A DNA stretch of 59,168 bases from Octopus bimaculoides. Its lineage: Eukaryota. The stretch is from the NCBI RefSeq assembly GCF_001194135.2, contig NC_068991.1, positions 36,074,258 through 36,133,425 of the forward strand. The letters run 5' to 3'. Below are positions 1 to 12,530 of the stretch, one piece after another (the first letter of the stretch is position 1; each line of letters begins with the position of its first letter). The translations under genes and the position numbers were made by a program. The notes below the pieces were generated by a model. That model saw only the letters and a list, made by a program, of their open reading frames with translations, ran no database searches and had not been told where the DNA came from.

Positions 1-54
1 TAAATATATATATATATATAAATATATATATATATAGACACACACATTATATTA

Positions 55-235
55 CATATTTCATCTTTTTTTCTTTACTTGCTTCAGTCATTAGACTTCA
101 GCCATGCTGTGATACATCCTCTTTTTTTTAAGCCTGATCTCCTTTTGCCAAACTGCTAAGTAATGGCAATGTTAACACACTAGCAATGTTTGTCACAAGG
201 TACTGGAGACAAATGCAGACACAAAGACACACACA
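55..235 (-). mobile_element. Decayed 3' half of SINE family A
   Basis: Reverse complement resembles the family A 3' half seen at 31510-31722 and 51300-51513 (tttgtc...ttagcagtttggcaaaag...cagcatggc...gactgaagcaagtaaag). Confidence 0.6.
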
Positions 236-632
236 TAGATATATAAATATATATATATATATAAGCAATGTTAATTCTCTAAATGAAGTATTAACAGTAA
301 CTGCACGATAAAGTGTAGTATATTGCCACTTAAGTGTGGCTGACCCCTAGGGGTGGATGTTACTGTTGCTTTTAGCCCCAGGAGGACATCTCCTCCAGCT
401 GGCTTATCGACACACGACTGTGTCCTGTTTGCCAAGGGTAGTTATCCCTCTCACCAACATCTGCAGCACGAACGGATCCGTATATATATATATATATATA
501 CATATATATATGTATGCATATATATGTGTGTGTGTGTTTATTGGGATGTTGGGGGTTAGATTATGTGGTATAAATATATTTGGAGAGTGACACTCAAAGA
601 TGCAGACAAAAAGCAAAACACACATATGCACT

Positions 633-703
<71 letters not shown>

Positions 704-1182
704 NNNNNNNNNNNNNNNNNNNNNNNNNNNNNNNNNNNNNNNNNNNNNNNNNNNNNNNNNNNNNNNNNNNNNNNNNNNNNNNNNNNNNNNNNNNNNNNNN
801 NNNNNNNNNNNNNNNNNNNNNNNNNNNNNNNNNNNNNNNNNNNNNNNNNNNNNNNNNNNNNNNNNNNNNNNNNNNNNNNNNNNNNNNNNNNNNNNNNNNN
901 NNNNNNNNNNNNNNNNNNNNNNNNNNNNNNNNNNNNNNNNNNNNNNNNNNNNNNNNNNNNNNNNNNNNNNNNNNNNNNNNNNNNNNNNNNNNNNNNNNNN
1001 NNNNNNNNNNNNNNNNNNNNNNNNNNNNNNNNNNNNNNNNNNNNNNNNNNNNNNNNNNNNNNNNNNNNNNNNNNNNNNNNNNNNNNNNNNNNNNNNNNNN
1101 NNNNNNNNNNNNNNNNNNNNNNNNNNNNNNNNNNNNNNNNNNNNNNNNNNNNNNNNNNNNNNNNNNNNNNNNNNNNNNNNNN

Positions 1183-1235
<53 letters not shown>

Positions 1236-1501
1236 TACACACACATATATATATATATATGAAAGAGTGTGTGTGTGTGTGTGTGTGCGTATTCATGTAC
1301 TTTTGTCTTAACATTACATATTGATTGTACAATAAATACCATCCTCATATAAGTGTTGTTTGTTATTTGCTTGCAATCTTCTATGAAAATATATCTGGCC
1401 TAACTTGTGAAATCAAAACATACATACATATATAGGCAGTATCCCAACGTGGCCAAAAGCTTATGATTAAAACAAGTAAAAGAAAGACAAAAAGAAATAT
1501 A

Positions 1502-1503
1502 GC

Positions 1504-1533
<30 letters not shown>
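1502..1533 (+). repeat. (GATA)n microsatellite, probably the (TATC)n tail of the adjacent minus-strand element
   Basis: Seen directly. Confidence 0.9.
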
Positions 1534-1534
<1 letters not shown>

Positions 1535-1700
1535 GTTTCTTTGTTAGCCACACAAGGCTGAACACAGAGGGGACAAAATACAATGTAGAGCTTTTCTTTT
1601 TGAGTTAAGAAAAAAAGGAGAAAAAGAAAATTTTGATCAAAAGGGGTTGTGAAAAAAAAAGAAGTGCCTATCGAAAGGGATCATGTATCACAGAAAATGT
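1534..1700 (-). mobile_element. 3' end of a LINE, possibly L1/Tx1-like, with a (TATC)n tail
   Basis: Minus strand reads ...gctctacattgtattttgtcccctctgtgttcagccttgtgtggctaacaaagaaac, then (TATC)n. There is an AACAAA polyA-signal-like word near the end. Clade assignment is from recollection only; no ORF is present. Confidence 0.4.
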
Positions 1701-1731
1701 TATAAATGTTTCAAAAAAGAAAAATGGATTA

Positions 1732-1841
1732 GGTCCTTTGCTTTCTTCTTTCTTATGGGTGTCTCACCTTGCTAACTATCAGAAAAATGGCTGATAGTTA
1801 GCAAGGTGAGACACACATAAGAAAGAAGAAAGCAAAGGACC
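1732..1841. repeat. 51-bp inverted repeat (1 mismatch, 8-nt loop)
   Basis: Arms at 1732-1782 and 1791-1841; loop AAAAATGG. Confidence 0.97.
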
Positions 1842-1881
1842 ACTGATGAGGTCACAGAAGTGTGACGAAAGAACTCTGGCC
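1837..1881 (+). ncRNA. Minimal type I hammerhead ribozyme motif (Penelope-associated type)
   Basis: GGACCA-CTGATGA-G-GTCACA/GAAG/TGTGAC-GAAA-G-AA-C-TC^TGGCC. Core intact; stem II 6 bp; stem I CCA/TGG plus GG/CC; stem III 2 bp. Confidence 0.75.
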
Positions 1882-2443
1882 AAAATAGGATTAATGTAAC
1901 ATAATGTAATATAAAGCTGAAGCAAATTAACACCAAATATACAGTGTGTGTGTTTTTATTGGCTAAACTGGCAATATGATCATCCCCAAGTACAACAACA
2001 TATATNNNNNNNNNNNNNNNNNNNNNNNNNNNNNNNNNNNNNNNNNNNNNNNNNNNNNNNNNNNNNNNNNNNNNNNNNNNNNNNNNNNNNNNNNNNNNNN
2101 NNNNNNNNNNNNNNNNNNNNNNNNNNNNNNNNNNNNNNNNNNNNNNNNNNNNNNNNNNNNNNNNNNNNNNNNNNNNNNNNNNNNNNNNNNNNNNNNNNNN
2201 NNNNNNNNNNNNNNNNNNNNNNNNNNNNNNNNNNNNNNNNNNNNNNNNNNNNNNNNNNNNNNNNNNNNNNNNNNNNNNNNNNNNNNNNNNNNNNNNNNNN
2301 NNNNNNNNNNNNNNNNNNNNNNNNNNNNNNNNNNNNNNNNNNNNNNNNATATATATATATATATATATATATAATATAATTAATATATATATCTATATGT
2401 ACATATATGTACATACATATATATGTATATATATATGCATATA

Positions 2444-2556
2444 TGGGTACAAGACATCACAAAACGTAAACAACATGAAATACGAAATATGAAGACGAAC
2501 TTTGATATGTGAACAATGAGAGAAATAAATAGAAAACAAGACAAGTAACATAAAAA
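2444..2556 (-). mobile_element. Fragment of terminal-repeat family G (Penelope-like terminal repeat, inferred)
   Basis: gggtacaagacatcacaaaacgtaaac...gaacttt...agaaataaatagaaaacaagac matches the reverse complement of 35000-35135; abuts (TA)n. Confidence 0.5.
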
Positions 2557-2560
2557 ACGA

Positions 2561-3236
2561 CCTCTGTAAAGTGTGTGGGGAAAGGGTTGAAAGTATGACT
2601 CACATTATTAGTGCTTGTGAAAATCTTGTGCAAAAAGAGTACAAGCACAGACATGACAAGGTAGCTCAGAACCTTTACTGGCTACTATGTCAGAAGTATG
2701 GCTCTGAGGTAACGGGTGCTTGGTACCAACATACACCAGAAAAGGTAATGGACAAAAAGGGGAAGGCAAAATCCTCTGGGACTTTGACTTCCCGACAGAC
2801 AAGACGTTAGAGCACTGAAAGCCAGACATAGTAACCGTTAAGAGGGACAAACAAGAGAGCCTAATAACCGACGTGGCACTGCCGGGAGATCAACATGTCA
2901 TCATCAAAGAAAGAGAAAAGATCAATAAATATTGAAACCTGAGAATTGAGATCGCCAAGATGTGGTAACTATGAGAGTCAAATATAAAGGTTGTCCCTAT
3001 TGTCATCAGAGCATTGGGTTCAGTAAAACTCAAACTGAAGAAACATCTGGAAACTTTAGAAATATCCTACAATTTAGGTGTATCACAAAAATCGGCATTA
3101 CTTGGAACAGCATGCATATTACATAAAGTACTGTCAGTCTGAAGTCCTTGCTGTGACTTGACAGACAGTACAAACCCCTGGTAGATACAATATCTTCAAT
3201 CAACAACATCACAATATTGGATACTGTGTGATGTCT

Positions 3237-3280
<44 letters not shown>
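2561..3280 (+). mobile_element. 5'-truncated RLE non-LTR retrotransposon (R4/Dong-like), copy 1, with (TAA)n tail
   Basis: CCHC knuckle CKVCGERVESMTHIISAC; RHDKVAQNLYWLLC; frameshift; LWDF...KPDIVTV...LITDVALPGD (RLE); C-terminus QKSALLGTACILHKVLSV with stop at 3140-3142; about 95-nt 3' UTR, then (TAA)n. Several internal stops. Confidence 0.9.
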
Positions 3281-3289
<9 letters not shown>

Positions 3290-3854
3290 TAGAAATTAGC
3301 AAAATGTGGAATCTGAAGACGAAAACAATACCTATTGTCATAGGTGCCCTGGGAATGACAGCGAAACGGGCTGATTACTACCTAGATCAGATTTCAGGAA
3401 ACCCCAAAATGGCTGAAGTTCAAAAGATAGTGCTCATAGGAACTGCCCATATCCTACGTAAAANNNNNNNNNNNNNNNNNNNNNNNNNNNNNNNNNNNNN
3501 NNNNNNNNNNNNNNNNNNNNNNNNNNNNNNNNNNNNNNNNNNNNNNNNNNNNNNNNNNNNNNNNNNNNNNNNNNNNNNNNNNNNNNNNNNNNNNNNNNNN
3601 NNNNNNNNNNNNNNNNNNNNNNNNNNNNNNNNNNNNNNNNNNNNNNNNNNNNNNNNNNNNNNNNNNNNNNNNNNNNNNNNNNNNNNNNNNNNNNNNNNNN
3701 NNNNNNNNNNNNNNNNNNNNNNNNNNNNNNNNNNNNNNNNGTCTCTTGAGGTCTCTGGGTGAGACTTGGATCCAACTTGTACAAATGCAAAACAAAAGTC
3801 AAACATAAAATAATAATAATAATAATAATAATAATATTAATAATAATAATAATA

Positions 3855-3855
<1 letters not shown>
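3290..3855 (+). mobile_element. Short 5'-truncated R4/Dong-like RLE retrotransposon, copy 2 (different family), with (TAA)n tail
   Basis: EISKMWNLKTKTIPIVIGALG...VQKIVLIGTAHILRK, then an N-gap, a 3' UTR (gaggtctctgggtgagacttgg), then (TAA)n from 3811. Confidence 0.85.
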
Positions 3856-3892
<37 letters not shown>

Positions 3893-3905
3893 AATAATAA
3901 TAATA

Positions 3906-4585
<680 letters not shown>

Positions 4586-5214
4586 ATAATAATAATAATA
4601 GTAATAATAAAATGATAATACACTTAATTCAGAAATAATGCTTAATTCAATAGATTAGTTGATACTGAATATCAAGTTATTGGTACATTAGTACATTAAT
4701 TATAATATTGTTGATAAACAAGAAACTATTATATTTAATTTTGGTGGCTAACATCTTGAGCTTATTGTTTTAACTTCTATTCTTTCTCACAAACATGGGT
4801 TGGATAGATCTTTCACTTAACATCTTACTAAAGCATCACCTTTATGAAATTCCAATTTGTCTCATTAAACTCATTTCATTCCACCACTTCCATTTTCTAT
4901 TTCTAAATTGGACTAAAGACACATTTTATCACTAACTTGGGGTACTTTGTCAAATATCTTTCATCGCACACTCACTTGATTTTACTAATGTAGCTCACAT
5001 TTTTCTGCACCTTGCACTCTTTGTGTTTAAATTTCCTCAAGGGATAGATATTTGTTTCTCTGTGTCTTGTCTGAAAGAAATCTTTTATTTGAGACACTTA
5101 TTCTTGGTTGGTCTGTTATCTAATGGTAGAGCAAGATTCTAAAGAATGGAACAATCAGTAATGTATAACACTGCTATATTAATCAGTAATTAATATATTT
5201 AGCTAGTTTACAGT

Positions 5215-5281
5215 TCAGATACTGAATGAAGAACTAGAATAGAACATCAGATACTGAATGAAAAGCTAGAATAGAACATCA
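5215..5281 (+). repeat. 32-bp tandem duplication
   Basis: tcagatactgaatgaagaactagaatagaaca / tcagatactgaatgaaaagctagaatagaaca. Confidence 0.9.
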
Positions 5282-6002
5282 AGTAATGGATGCTATTATG
5301 ATGATACGATTTAGATGCCTTAGCTTTCTTTATTGCTCTGATTACATTGGTTATACTAACTTCACTATCTTAATTCTGTGATCACCATTCCCTGTGCTGC
5401 TTCCTTATTCCCATAGACTATAATTTCTATAACTATTATCTCAACCCTCTTGCGACACTCTTGCCTTTTCTGTTACCTATATAAGTATTGCAACCACTTC
5501 TAAACTCCTAAAAATCTTATTGTTTGTCAGCTTATTCAGTAAGGTTATCCCAGTTTTAATTCTCTGTAGAAACTGCTTCACTTGGATTGTTAACAAGCTT
5601 TGATATGACAATTTCCTGTTTCCTTATTTCCATGTAAAACTTCCCAAATATTGAAGGAACCATTATATAAAAATCATTTGTATTCATATGGTCTTCAATG
5701 GGCCAAAATATTTTCAATTCATTTTTTTTATTTCTTGTTATTTCTCTATGTTGAATTAATTGTCCTTGTAATGTTTAAGAGATTGATTTTTTTTACAATT
5801 TTAGTAAATTGTGATGACTACTGAGATTCCTATTTCTTGAAACCATGCTGTGTCTTTATAACACAGAATAGAGATTTATTTTATTCTTCTATATAGTAGA
5901 GTCTCCTATATTTTATACTTTTTTTGGCCTTTGTTTGCTCTTATTTTTTTTGTACTTAAACTCTCTTTTCTAATTTATTTTTTAAAATAACCAATTAACA
6001 TC

Positions 6003-6480
6003 AGGTTAGGGCAGTGAACTCATGGTCGTAGGATCGTGGTTTCGATTCCCAGACCGGGTATTGTGAGTGTTTATTGAGCAAAAACACCTAAAGCTCCATG
6101 TGGCTTTGGCAGTGGGGCGAATCCTGCTGTATTCTTTCACCACAACTTTCTCTCACTCTTTCTTCCTGTTTCTTCCTGTTGTACCTGTATTTCAAAGGGC
6201 CAGCCTTGTCACACTCTGTGTCATGCTGAATATCCCCCGAGGGTACACATGTCTGTGGAGTGCTCAGCCACTTGCACGTTAATAAATGAGCTGCGATGTC
6301 ACTGGTGCCAAGCTGTATCAGCCCTTGCCTTTTCCTTGGATAACATTGGTGGTGTGGAGAGGGGAGGCTGGTATGCATGGGTGACTGCTGGTCTTCCATA
6401 AACAAACGTGCCCAGACTTGTGCCTCGGAGGGTAACTTTCTAGGTGCAATCCCATGGTCAGTCATGACCATAGGGGGTCA
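6003..6480 (+). mobile_element. tRNA-headed SINE family C with probable RTE-derived 3' tail
   Basis: Head ...gtggtttcgattcccagacc; 3' about 195 bp shared with 26892-27105 (reverse strand). RTE origin of the tail is inference. Confidence 0.75.
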
Positions 6481-6949
6481 CAATACAACACAACAACTAT
6501 GTTTTATCGGATCAGCTGTAAAATTTCTGCAATTTTTGTTAATTTTGCAACTAACTTTTAATTTGTACTTCAAGTTTATTGTCACAGCTATTCATTGCTT
6601 ATACTTTTGGGCTTGGTGCATTCTTTAACTCTAGTTTTAGTCAATCAATATAGTGTTTAAGGGATTATTCATTCTATTAATTTGATTTCAGATAGGGTTA
6701 CCTCAAAGAACATCATTACCTTTCAGTGAGTGTCCAAACCACTTCTTATTAAGACCATTTCATATCTTATCAACAAGTATTGTAGACCTTTCACTTTTCC
6801 TCAACTGAAATTCCATGCTGGGACCCCAAACATCAATCCAATTTTCCAAATGTGTCAATAACTCTCTTAGTTCAGAATGATATTTCACTACCAAGAGTAT
6901 TTCTCATATTCACAGTATTGCCTAAATTAATGAATCTATCCAAAACCAG

Positions 6950-7330
6950 CAATTTTCATCCAAATACATGCAGGTTGGTGCATTATGATTATCTCTTTCA
7001 GACCAATTGTTAGACCCAATGCATTGTATAACAATTGAGACAGAGTCATTGGATGCTGAATGTCACTCTGGGGTGAGCAACAAGATCACAGCCATCAGCA
7101 GACAGGAATTTGTGAATTTGTGATGAGAACAGCTTTGCTTTCATAGTAAAATGTCTAATATTCAACATCCTGTTGATTGCTAGATATTTGATGTAGATCA
7201 CATGTAAGCAACCCTCAAAAGCCATCAAGAAAATCATAGCAAACTGAGATGGTGCTGGTATATCCTCTTGCTTAACACTGTTTTCAACCAAATTGAGATC
7301 AGAGAACTGAACAGCAATGATTCATTCCAT
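6950..7330 (-). mobile_element. Heavily decayed mariner-type transposase remnant
   Basis: ...IFLMAFEGCLHVIY...HKFLSADGCDLVAHP followed by a frameshifted ASND resembling HPPYSPDLAPSD. Confidence 0.45.
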
Positions 7331-7614
7331 CATGGAAATGTATGAGCACAATATTATCAAGACTCCCTAGCTGAGTTCATCTGTCCTTTGACAGACTTTG
7401 TTTTTCATCCTGCTTAGTGTTCAACAAAAACCATCCACCTTACAAGGAAGGCCTGATAAGGTTGCCAGTTTAGTTACTGACAGCTTAGCCATGTGACAGA
7501 TCGTATTGTGTTACATGTTACCAATAGCACTAAGAATGATGTGACACACACGTATATATATGTGTATGTGTATATATATATAGATGCATACACATACATA
7601 TATATACATACATA

Positions 7615-8075
7615 TATGATGATTGCTTCATTTTGACAGATGATAGCCGTCCCATCAACACACATCATACCCCATCACACAGTACAGTCCCTCTGTTGAG
7701 GAGCCCTTAGATGACTCTTAAGACCAGCAGCTGACTGACACAGTTTAAGACACAAGTAACAGATATTATTCAAGTTTCTTCTATATCTTTGCTCTTTGGA
7801 ATCTGATTCTAAAGGAATGTTTTTGTGAACTGGCATATGTCTTTTAAGTCCAGATATTGCTTTACAAGTTTTGTGACATACAACAAAAGTTGTAGGAGAT
7901 GGTTGGTGTCCAAGATCATTACTTACCTGGGCATTTCAATTTTCATGTGACTTCATATGATTCACATATTCTGCTTTTGACAACAGAACATGATCACACA
8001 CTCACTTTTCGAGCTTTCCAAATACAACACTTCCCTTCTCTATTCGATAATATATCTCTGCATCAAGACCGCATG
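7615..8075 (-). mobile_element. 3' fragment of an RTE-clade LINE with three C2H2-like zinc fingers, internally deleted
   Basis: LDAEIYYRIEKGSVVFGKLEK*V (RTE post-RT motif) fused to CDHVLLSKAEYVNHMKSH, then FVVCHKTCKAISGLKRHMPVH, then CYLCLKLCQSAAGLK(frameshift)SHLRA; short 3' UTR ending in (AT/CATA)n. Confidence 0.75.
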
Positions 8076-8093
8076 CATACATACATACATACA

Positions 8094-8125
<32 letters not shown>

Positions 8126-8168
8126 CATATACATATACATACATACACACACACATATATATATATAC

Positions 8169-8324
8169 AGTGGTTGGCGTTAGGAAGGGCATCCAGCTGT
8201 AGAAACGCTGCCAGATCAGATTGGAGCCTGGTGTAGCCATCTGGTTTCACCAGTCCTCAGTCATACCGTCCAACCCATGCTAGCATGGAAAGCAGACGTT
8301 AAACGATGATGATGATGATGATGA
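8169..8324 (+). mobile_element. Retroposon 3' end, family D, with (GAT)n tail
   Basis: gtggttggcgttaggaagggcatccagctgtagaa...catgctagcatggaaagcagacgttaaac(gat)n; homologous to 18813-19062 (minus). Confidence 0.75.
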
Positions 8325-8397
8325 TACATACATGTCTGTAGATGCATACTTATATACGTGTACATATATTATGTATATATATGTCTTTACACACATA

Positions 8398-8432
<35 letters not shown>

Positions 8433-9214
8433 TTGGTGTTCTAATGTTTCTATCTAGCAAATTCCACTCACAAAATATTGATCAACACCCAATGTGCTAC
8501 ACTATATATTTTGAACCTGGAGCCACATGATTGTGAAGGGAATTTATTAGCTGCACAGTCATGCCTGTACACATAAAACCACATGTACACATGCATAGAA
8601 AATTGTATACATATACACATATATCTAAACATATTTTGTTTCTTCTGACCCTCAAATTAACAAATTAAAATCAAAAGTCACCAATATATTACCCTCCTTT
8701 ATTTCAATGGTGCCTTGGCTTGGGAGTTTGCTCTATTAAATTAGCTTATAGAATTCCTCACTGTGCAGACTGTGTTTTAAGTGTTTTAGTGCCGTCAGGT
8801 TGCAACCATGCAATGCGTGAGGGTCATGAGGGTTGAATTGTGTCTTAGTGTCTGATGATTATGTGCTATGTAGTTGGAAGGGAAAGACAATAAAAATATA
8901 CACACATACACATGCACACATACACACACATACACACAAATTAAAAATAAAGGCGATATATGACCTATCTTTATTATAACGGCACTTTATTTTGGCAGTT
9001 TACCATTGTTCATTATACCTTATATTCTGCTGTGCTACCTTAAACCATATACTGTGTAACATTATTTTTGTCTATCTTTATATTATAAACAATGTCAAAT
9101 TGTATTGATACTCTATTGCTCTTAATTATCACTTCTAAGTTTTACATGGTTCATTGTTCCATTACAATACTTTTTTACTTGTTATTTAACACCAATTCCA
9201 GCAGCCTGTCAGTG

Positions 9215-10115
9215 AATCTATGCATCAAAGACATTCTATCAATGGCTATACCATCTCATTCTTTTCAGACATAATGTGTAGAGACCCCACTATACAATGT
9301 GTCCCTCATTTCTTAAGACTGTATAGTATAATTTGAGGGATGTTTAGTTGCTGTCTCTAGAATGGTAAATACGCCTTACTAAGGCTTCCATGTTAATTTG
9401 TTCATTAGTTGCTGTTACCATGGTAACATTGATTTATATGATCCAATGTGTCAACATGTATAATGGTGTTTGACATGCAAAACTCAGCAGTTAAATCTCT
9501 GTCAAATCACACCTTACTGCTTAAACAGTAAAGGAAGGGCTCAGTGTATATCTCAGTTCTAAATATACCAAGTTTGAAAAATGACAGGATGGTCATGGCT
9601 GGAATATCTCTGATCATATAGCTGCTTCATTAGAGATGAACTGAATCTAAACAGGAACAATAACAATGACAATAAGAAGGACTTGCTTGCCAATACAATC
9701 CTAGATAAACAACACCTGAAAAATAGCTGATCATGACTGAATTCTTTTAATCATATATCTGCTCAATCAAGGCTGACCTGGAGTTACATAACAACAACAG
9801 ATATGACAATTTGGCTTAATTGCTGTGGTAATTTATTTTAGTTTGTTATTGTAATAATTGCTTAACTGCTGTTACTTACAAGTTAATGAAGGAGCTGACC
9901 TGGTGCTAAACAAAGACCACAGCATACTTTAATTGATGTGTTTGTTATTACTTATGATGAGTCAGTGCTGCGTGAGCAAATCTATGATCAACTTTATTCC
10001 AACTGTGGTCATTCCTTTTTTACCTCAAGACCACATTAGCCAATGCACCCTTCTTTTTTAAGAGAGTAGGGAAATTTGCTTCTGTTTCTAGTGCATCAAA
10101 CAACCACACAGAGGC
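9215..10115. mobile_element. Cluster of four old copies of repeat family E (orientations +,-,-,+)
   Basis: About 9215-9395 (+), 9480-9660 (-), 9680-9800 (-), 9950-10115 (+). Shared decayed motifs ctatgatcaa-attcca-accat/gtcat and gct-tttctag. Confidence 0.45.
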
Positions 10116-10624
10116 TTGTATTTAGCTCATCACACTTTAATTACTGTGGTACCTTTTCTCAATTTAATTGCCACAGTAGTTTAGCTCACTTTACTTACCA
10201 CAGTACCTCACATCAGTTTATGTTCCATGGTGCCTTGTTTTAGTTTAAATGCTGCAATAGATTATCCTGATTGACCTAACTTGACACACTACCTATGGTG
10301 CATTACCATAGCTGAAGCACTTCAAGTGCATCAGCTTGTTGCATGCCTGCACTTCGATAATCGTTTTTTTTTTTTAAGGAAACATTTCATAACATTTCAT
10401 ATCACTATAGCAACAGCAGGTTGATGTTTTAATAAAACATAGGATTAATGTCAATGGATTTAAAACGTCAGTATGTCCAAATACTTTAGGTAAGAAGCAA
10501 TTAACATAATTAATTATTTATAAAATATGCCTTCTCCATTAATTGCAATGTTTTCTCACTCACCCATCTCTACCTGTTATTTCGTGGGTTGAAAACATTT
10601 TTTTTGTTACCGTCAGATATTACT

Positions 10625-10671
10625 GAGTAAGCACCCCCACCCACACCACCACTACCACCACCACCACCACC

Positions 10672-10703
<32 letters not shown>

Positions 10704-10790
10704 CAACAACAACACTATCACCATCATCTCTACCACCATCAAAAGCATCATCACTACCACCAATAACAATAACAACACCAGCAACAATAA
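10625..10790 (+). repeat. Compound (CAC)n-(CAA)n microsatellite running into an N-gap
   Basis: Seen directly. Confidence 0.9.
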
Positions 10791-11339
10791 TATTACATNN
10801 NNNNNNNNNNNNNNNNNNNNNNNNNNNNNNNNNNNNNNNNNNNNNNNNNNNNNNNNNNNNNNNNNNNNNNNNNNNNNNNNNNNNNNNNNNNNNNNNNNNN
10901 NNNNNNNNNNNNNNNNNNNNNNNNNNNNNNNNNNNNNNNNNNNNNNNNNNNNNNNNNNNNNNNNNNNNNNNNNNNNNNNNNNNNNNNNNNNNNNNNNNNN
11001 NNNNNNNNNNNNNNNNNNNNNNNNNNNNNNNNNNNNNNNNNNNNNNNNNNNNNNNNNNNNNNNNNNNNNNNNNNNNNNNNNNNNNNNNNNNNNNNNNNNN
11101 NNNNNNNNNNNNNNNNNNNNNNNNNNNNNNNNNNNNNNNNNNNNNNNNNNNNNNNNNNNNNNNNNNNNNNNNNNNNNNNNNNNNNNNNNNNNNNNNNNNN
11201 NNNNNNNNNNNNNNNNNNNNNNNNNNNNNNNATTTCAACCATCACCATGACCATCCAAGCAGATAAATAGAGAATCAATAAAGAGAAATCTATAAACTGA
11301 TCTGCAGTTAGATGTATGTAGACAAGTTGCTATTGACAA

Positions 11340-11560
11340 CAGCAGTTATGATGGTGATGGTGATGAAGATTGGGATGAAGATTGGGACGAAGATGAAGTT
11401 GAGGACGATGATGATGATGAAGAGAATGGCGATGAGGATGGTGATGATTATAGTGATGACGATGATGATGATGATGATGATGATGATGATAATGATAATG
11501 ACAACAAAGATGATGATGATGGTGATGATGATTAAGATAATGATGAATAAATTAACATTA
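11340..11560 (+). repeat. Degenerate (GAT)n microsatellite
   Basis: Seen directly; accounts for the poly-Met ORF 11312-11608. Confidence 0.9.
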
Positions 11561-11584
11561 ATAGTCTTTCTCAGAGTTATTATA

Positions 11585-11785
11585 TATCCTCATATAAGCC
11601 TCGGCTGAGTAGGCCAGTGATCAAATGCATTCCAACCACGACCATCCCATCTTTTCCTTAAGTAAAATGAATGCAGGGGCAACACTATCCAGTATGTTGT
11701 TTTCTGAAATGGTAAGGTGAGATTCACAGCTATTTGTCTGCTATTTCTAGCACTTGGATTAACCATGCAGATGCTCCCATTGCTG
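11585..11785 (+). mobile_element. Repeat family E copy
   Basis: gtgatcaaatgcattccaaccacgaccatcccatctttt...ctatccagtatg...gctatttctagc. Confidence 0.55.
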
Positions 11786-11871
11786 ATTTATATTGAAAAA
11801 AGTTCATAAACAGTGATGTCAGTGGTTGAGGGGAAGAAATAGTCTGAGGGGAAGAAATAGCTGAATGAATT

Positions 11872-12198
11872 GATCCCGGAACTTCTTGTTTTAAGCCTGA
11901 TACATATTCTATTAATCCCTTATTTCCGAATTGCTAAGTTATGGGGACATAAACAAACCAACACGAGTTGTCAAGTAGTGGCGGAAGATAAACAGTGGTG
12001 CAAACCGACACATACACACACACACACACGCACACATGACAAGCTTCTTTCAGTTTTCATCTACTGAATCCACTCACAAGGTCCACTCACTTGACCCAAG
12101 GCTATAGTAAAAGACACCTGCCCAGGATGCCTTGCAGTGGGATTGAACTTGGAATCTTGTGACTGGGCAGCAAGCTTCTTACCACTCAGGCACACCTG
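11872..12198 (-). mobile_element. SINE family A, decayed, with internal (CA)n
   Basis: Reverse complement gives the head (gtggtaagaagcttgc...agttcaatcccactgc) and part of the 3' half. Confidence 0.75.
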
Positions 12199-12469
12199 TT
12201 TTTTTTAACTTTATTTTACTGTTGTCCAATCTCTCCAAGCAGGTGAGGTGGTGTGGTGTGGTGTGGTATTAAACCTTTTGGTACGGTATAATTGATAAGT
12301 AGCTGTGAATTTTTGCAATATATAGGTTAATCCAAAAGGAGCAACTTAGTTTCCTTTTATGGTGGAAACAAGTCTTGAGAGATATAGTAGGTTAGAAGGT
12401 CTAAAGGAGAGGTGAACAACAACAGTCTATGCAGATGCTGTCTGTAATAGTATTTGTTAGTAATAGAGG

Positions 12470-12526
<57 letters not shown>

Positions 12527-12530
<4 letters not shown>

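Noticed and set aside
345-480. GC-richer segment with several small hairpins; tested as an HDV-like ribozyme on the minus strand
   Set aside because: A GCTAA word and a possible P2 exist, but L3/P1.1 do not fit the HDV fold. Probably a retroelement fragment.
4800-5720. Faint CR1/L2-like RT traces on the minus strand (FDKVP-like, NVIRAIKK)
   Set aside because: Too decayed to support by eye.
7915-7935. Strong minus-strand splice donor CAG|gtaagt
   Set aside because: Lies inside the RTE zinc-finger relic; upstream frames have stops.
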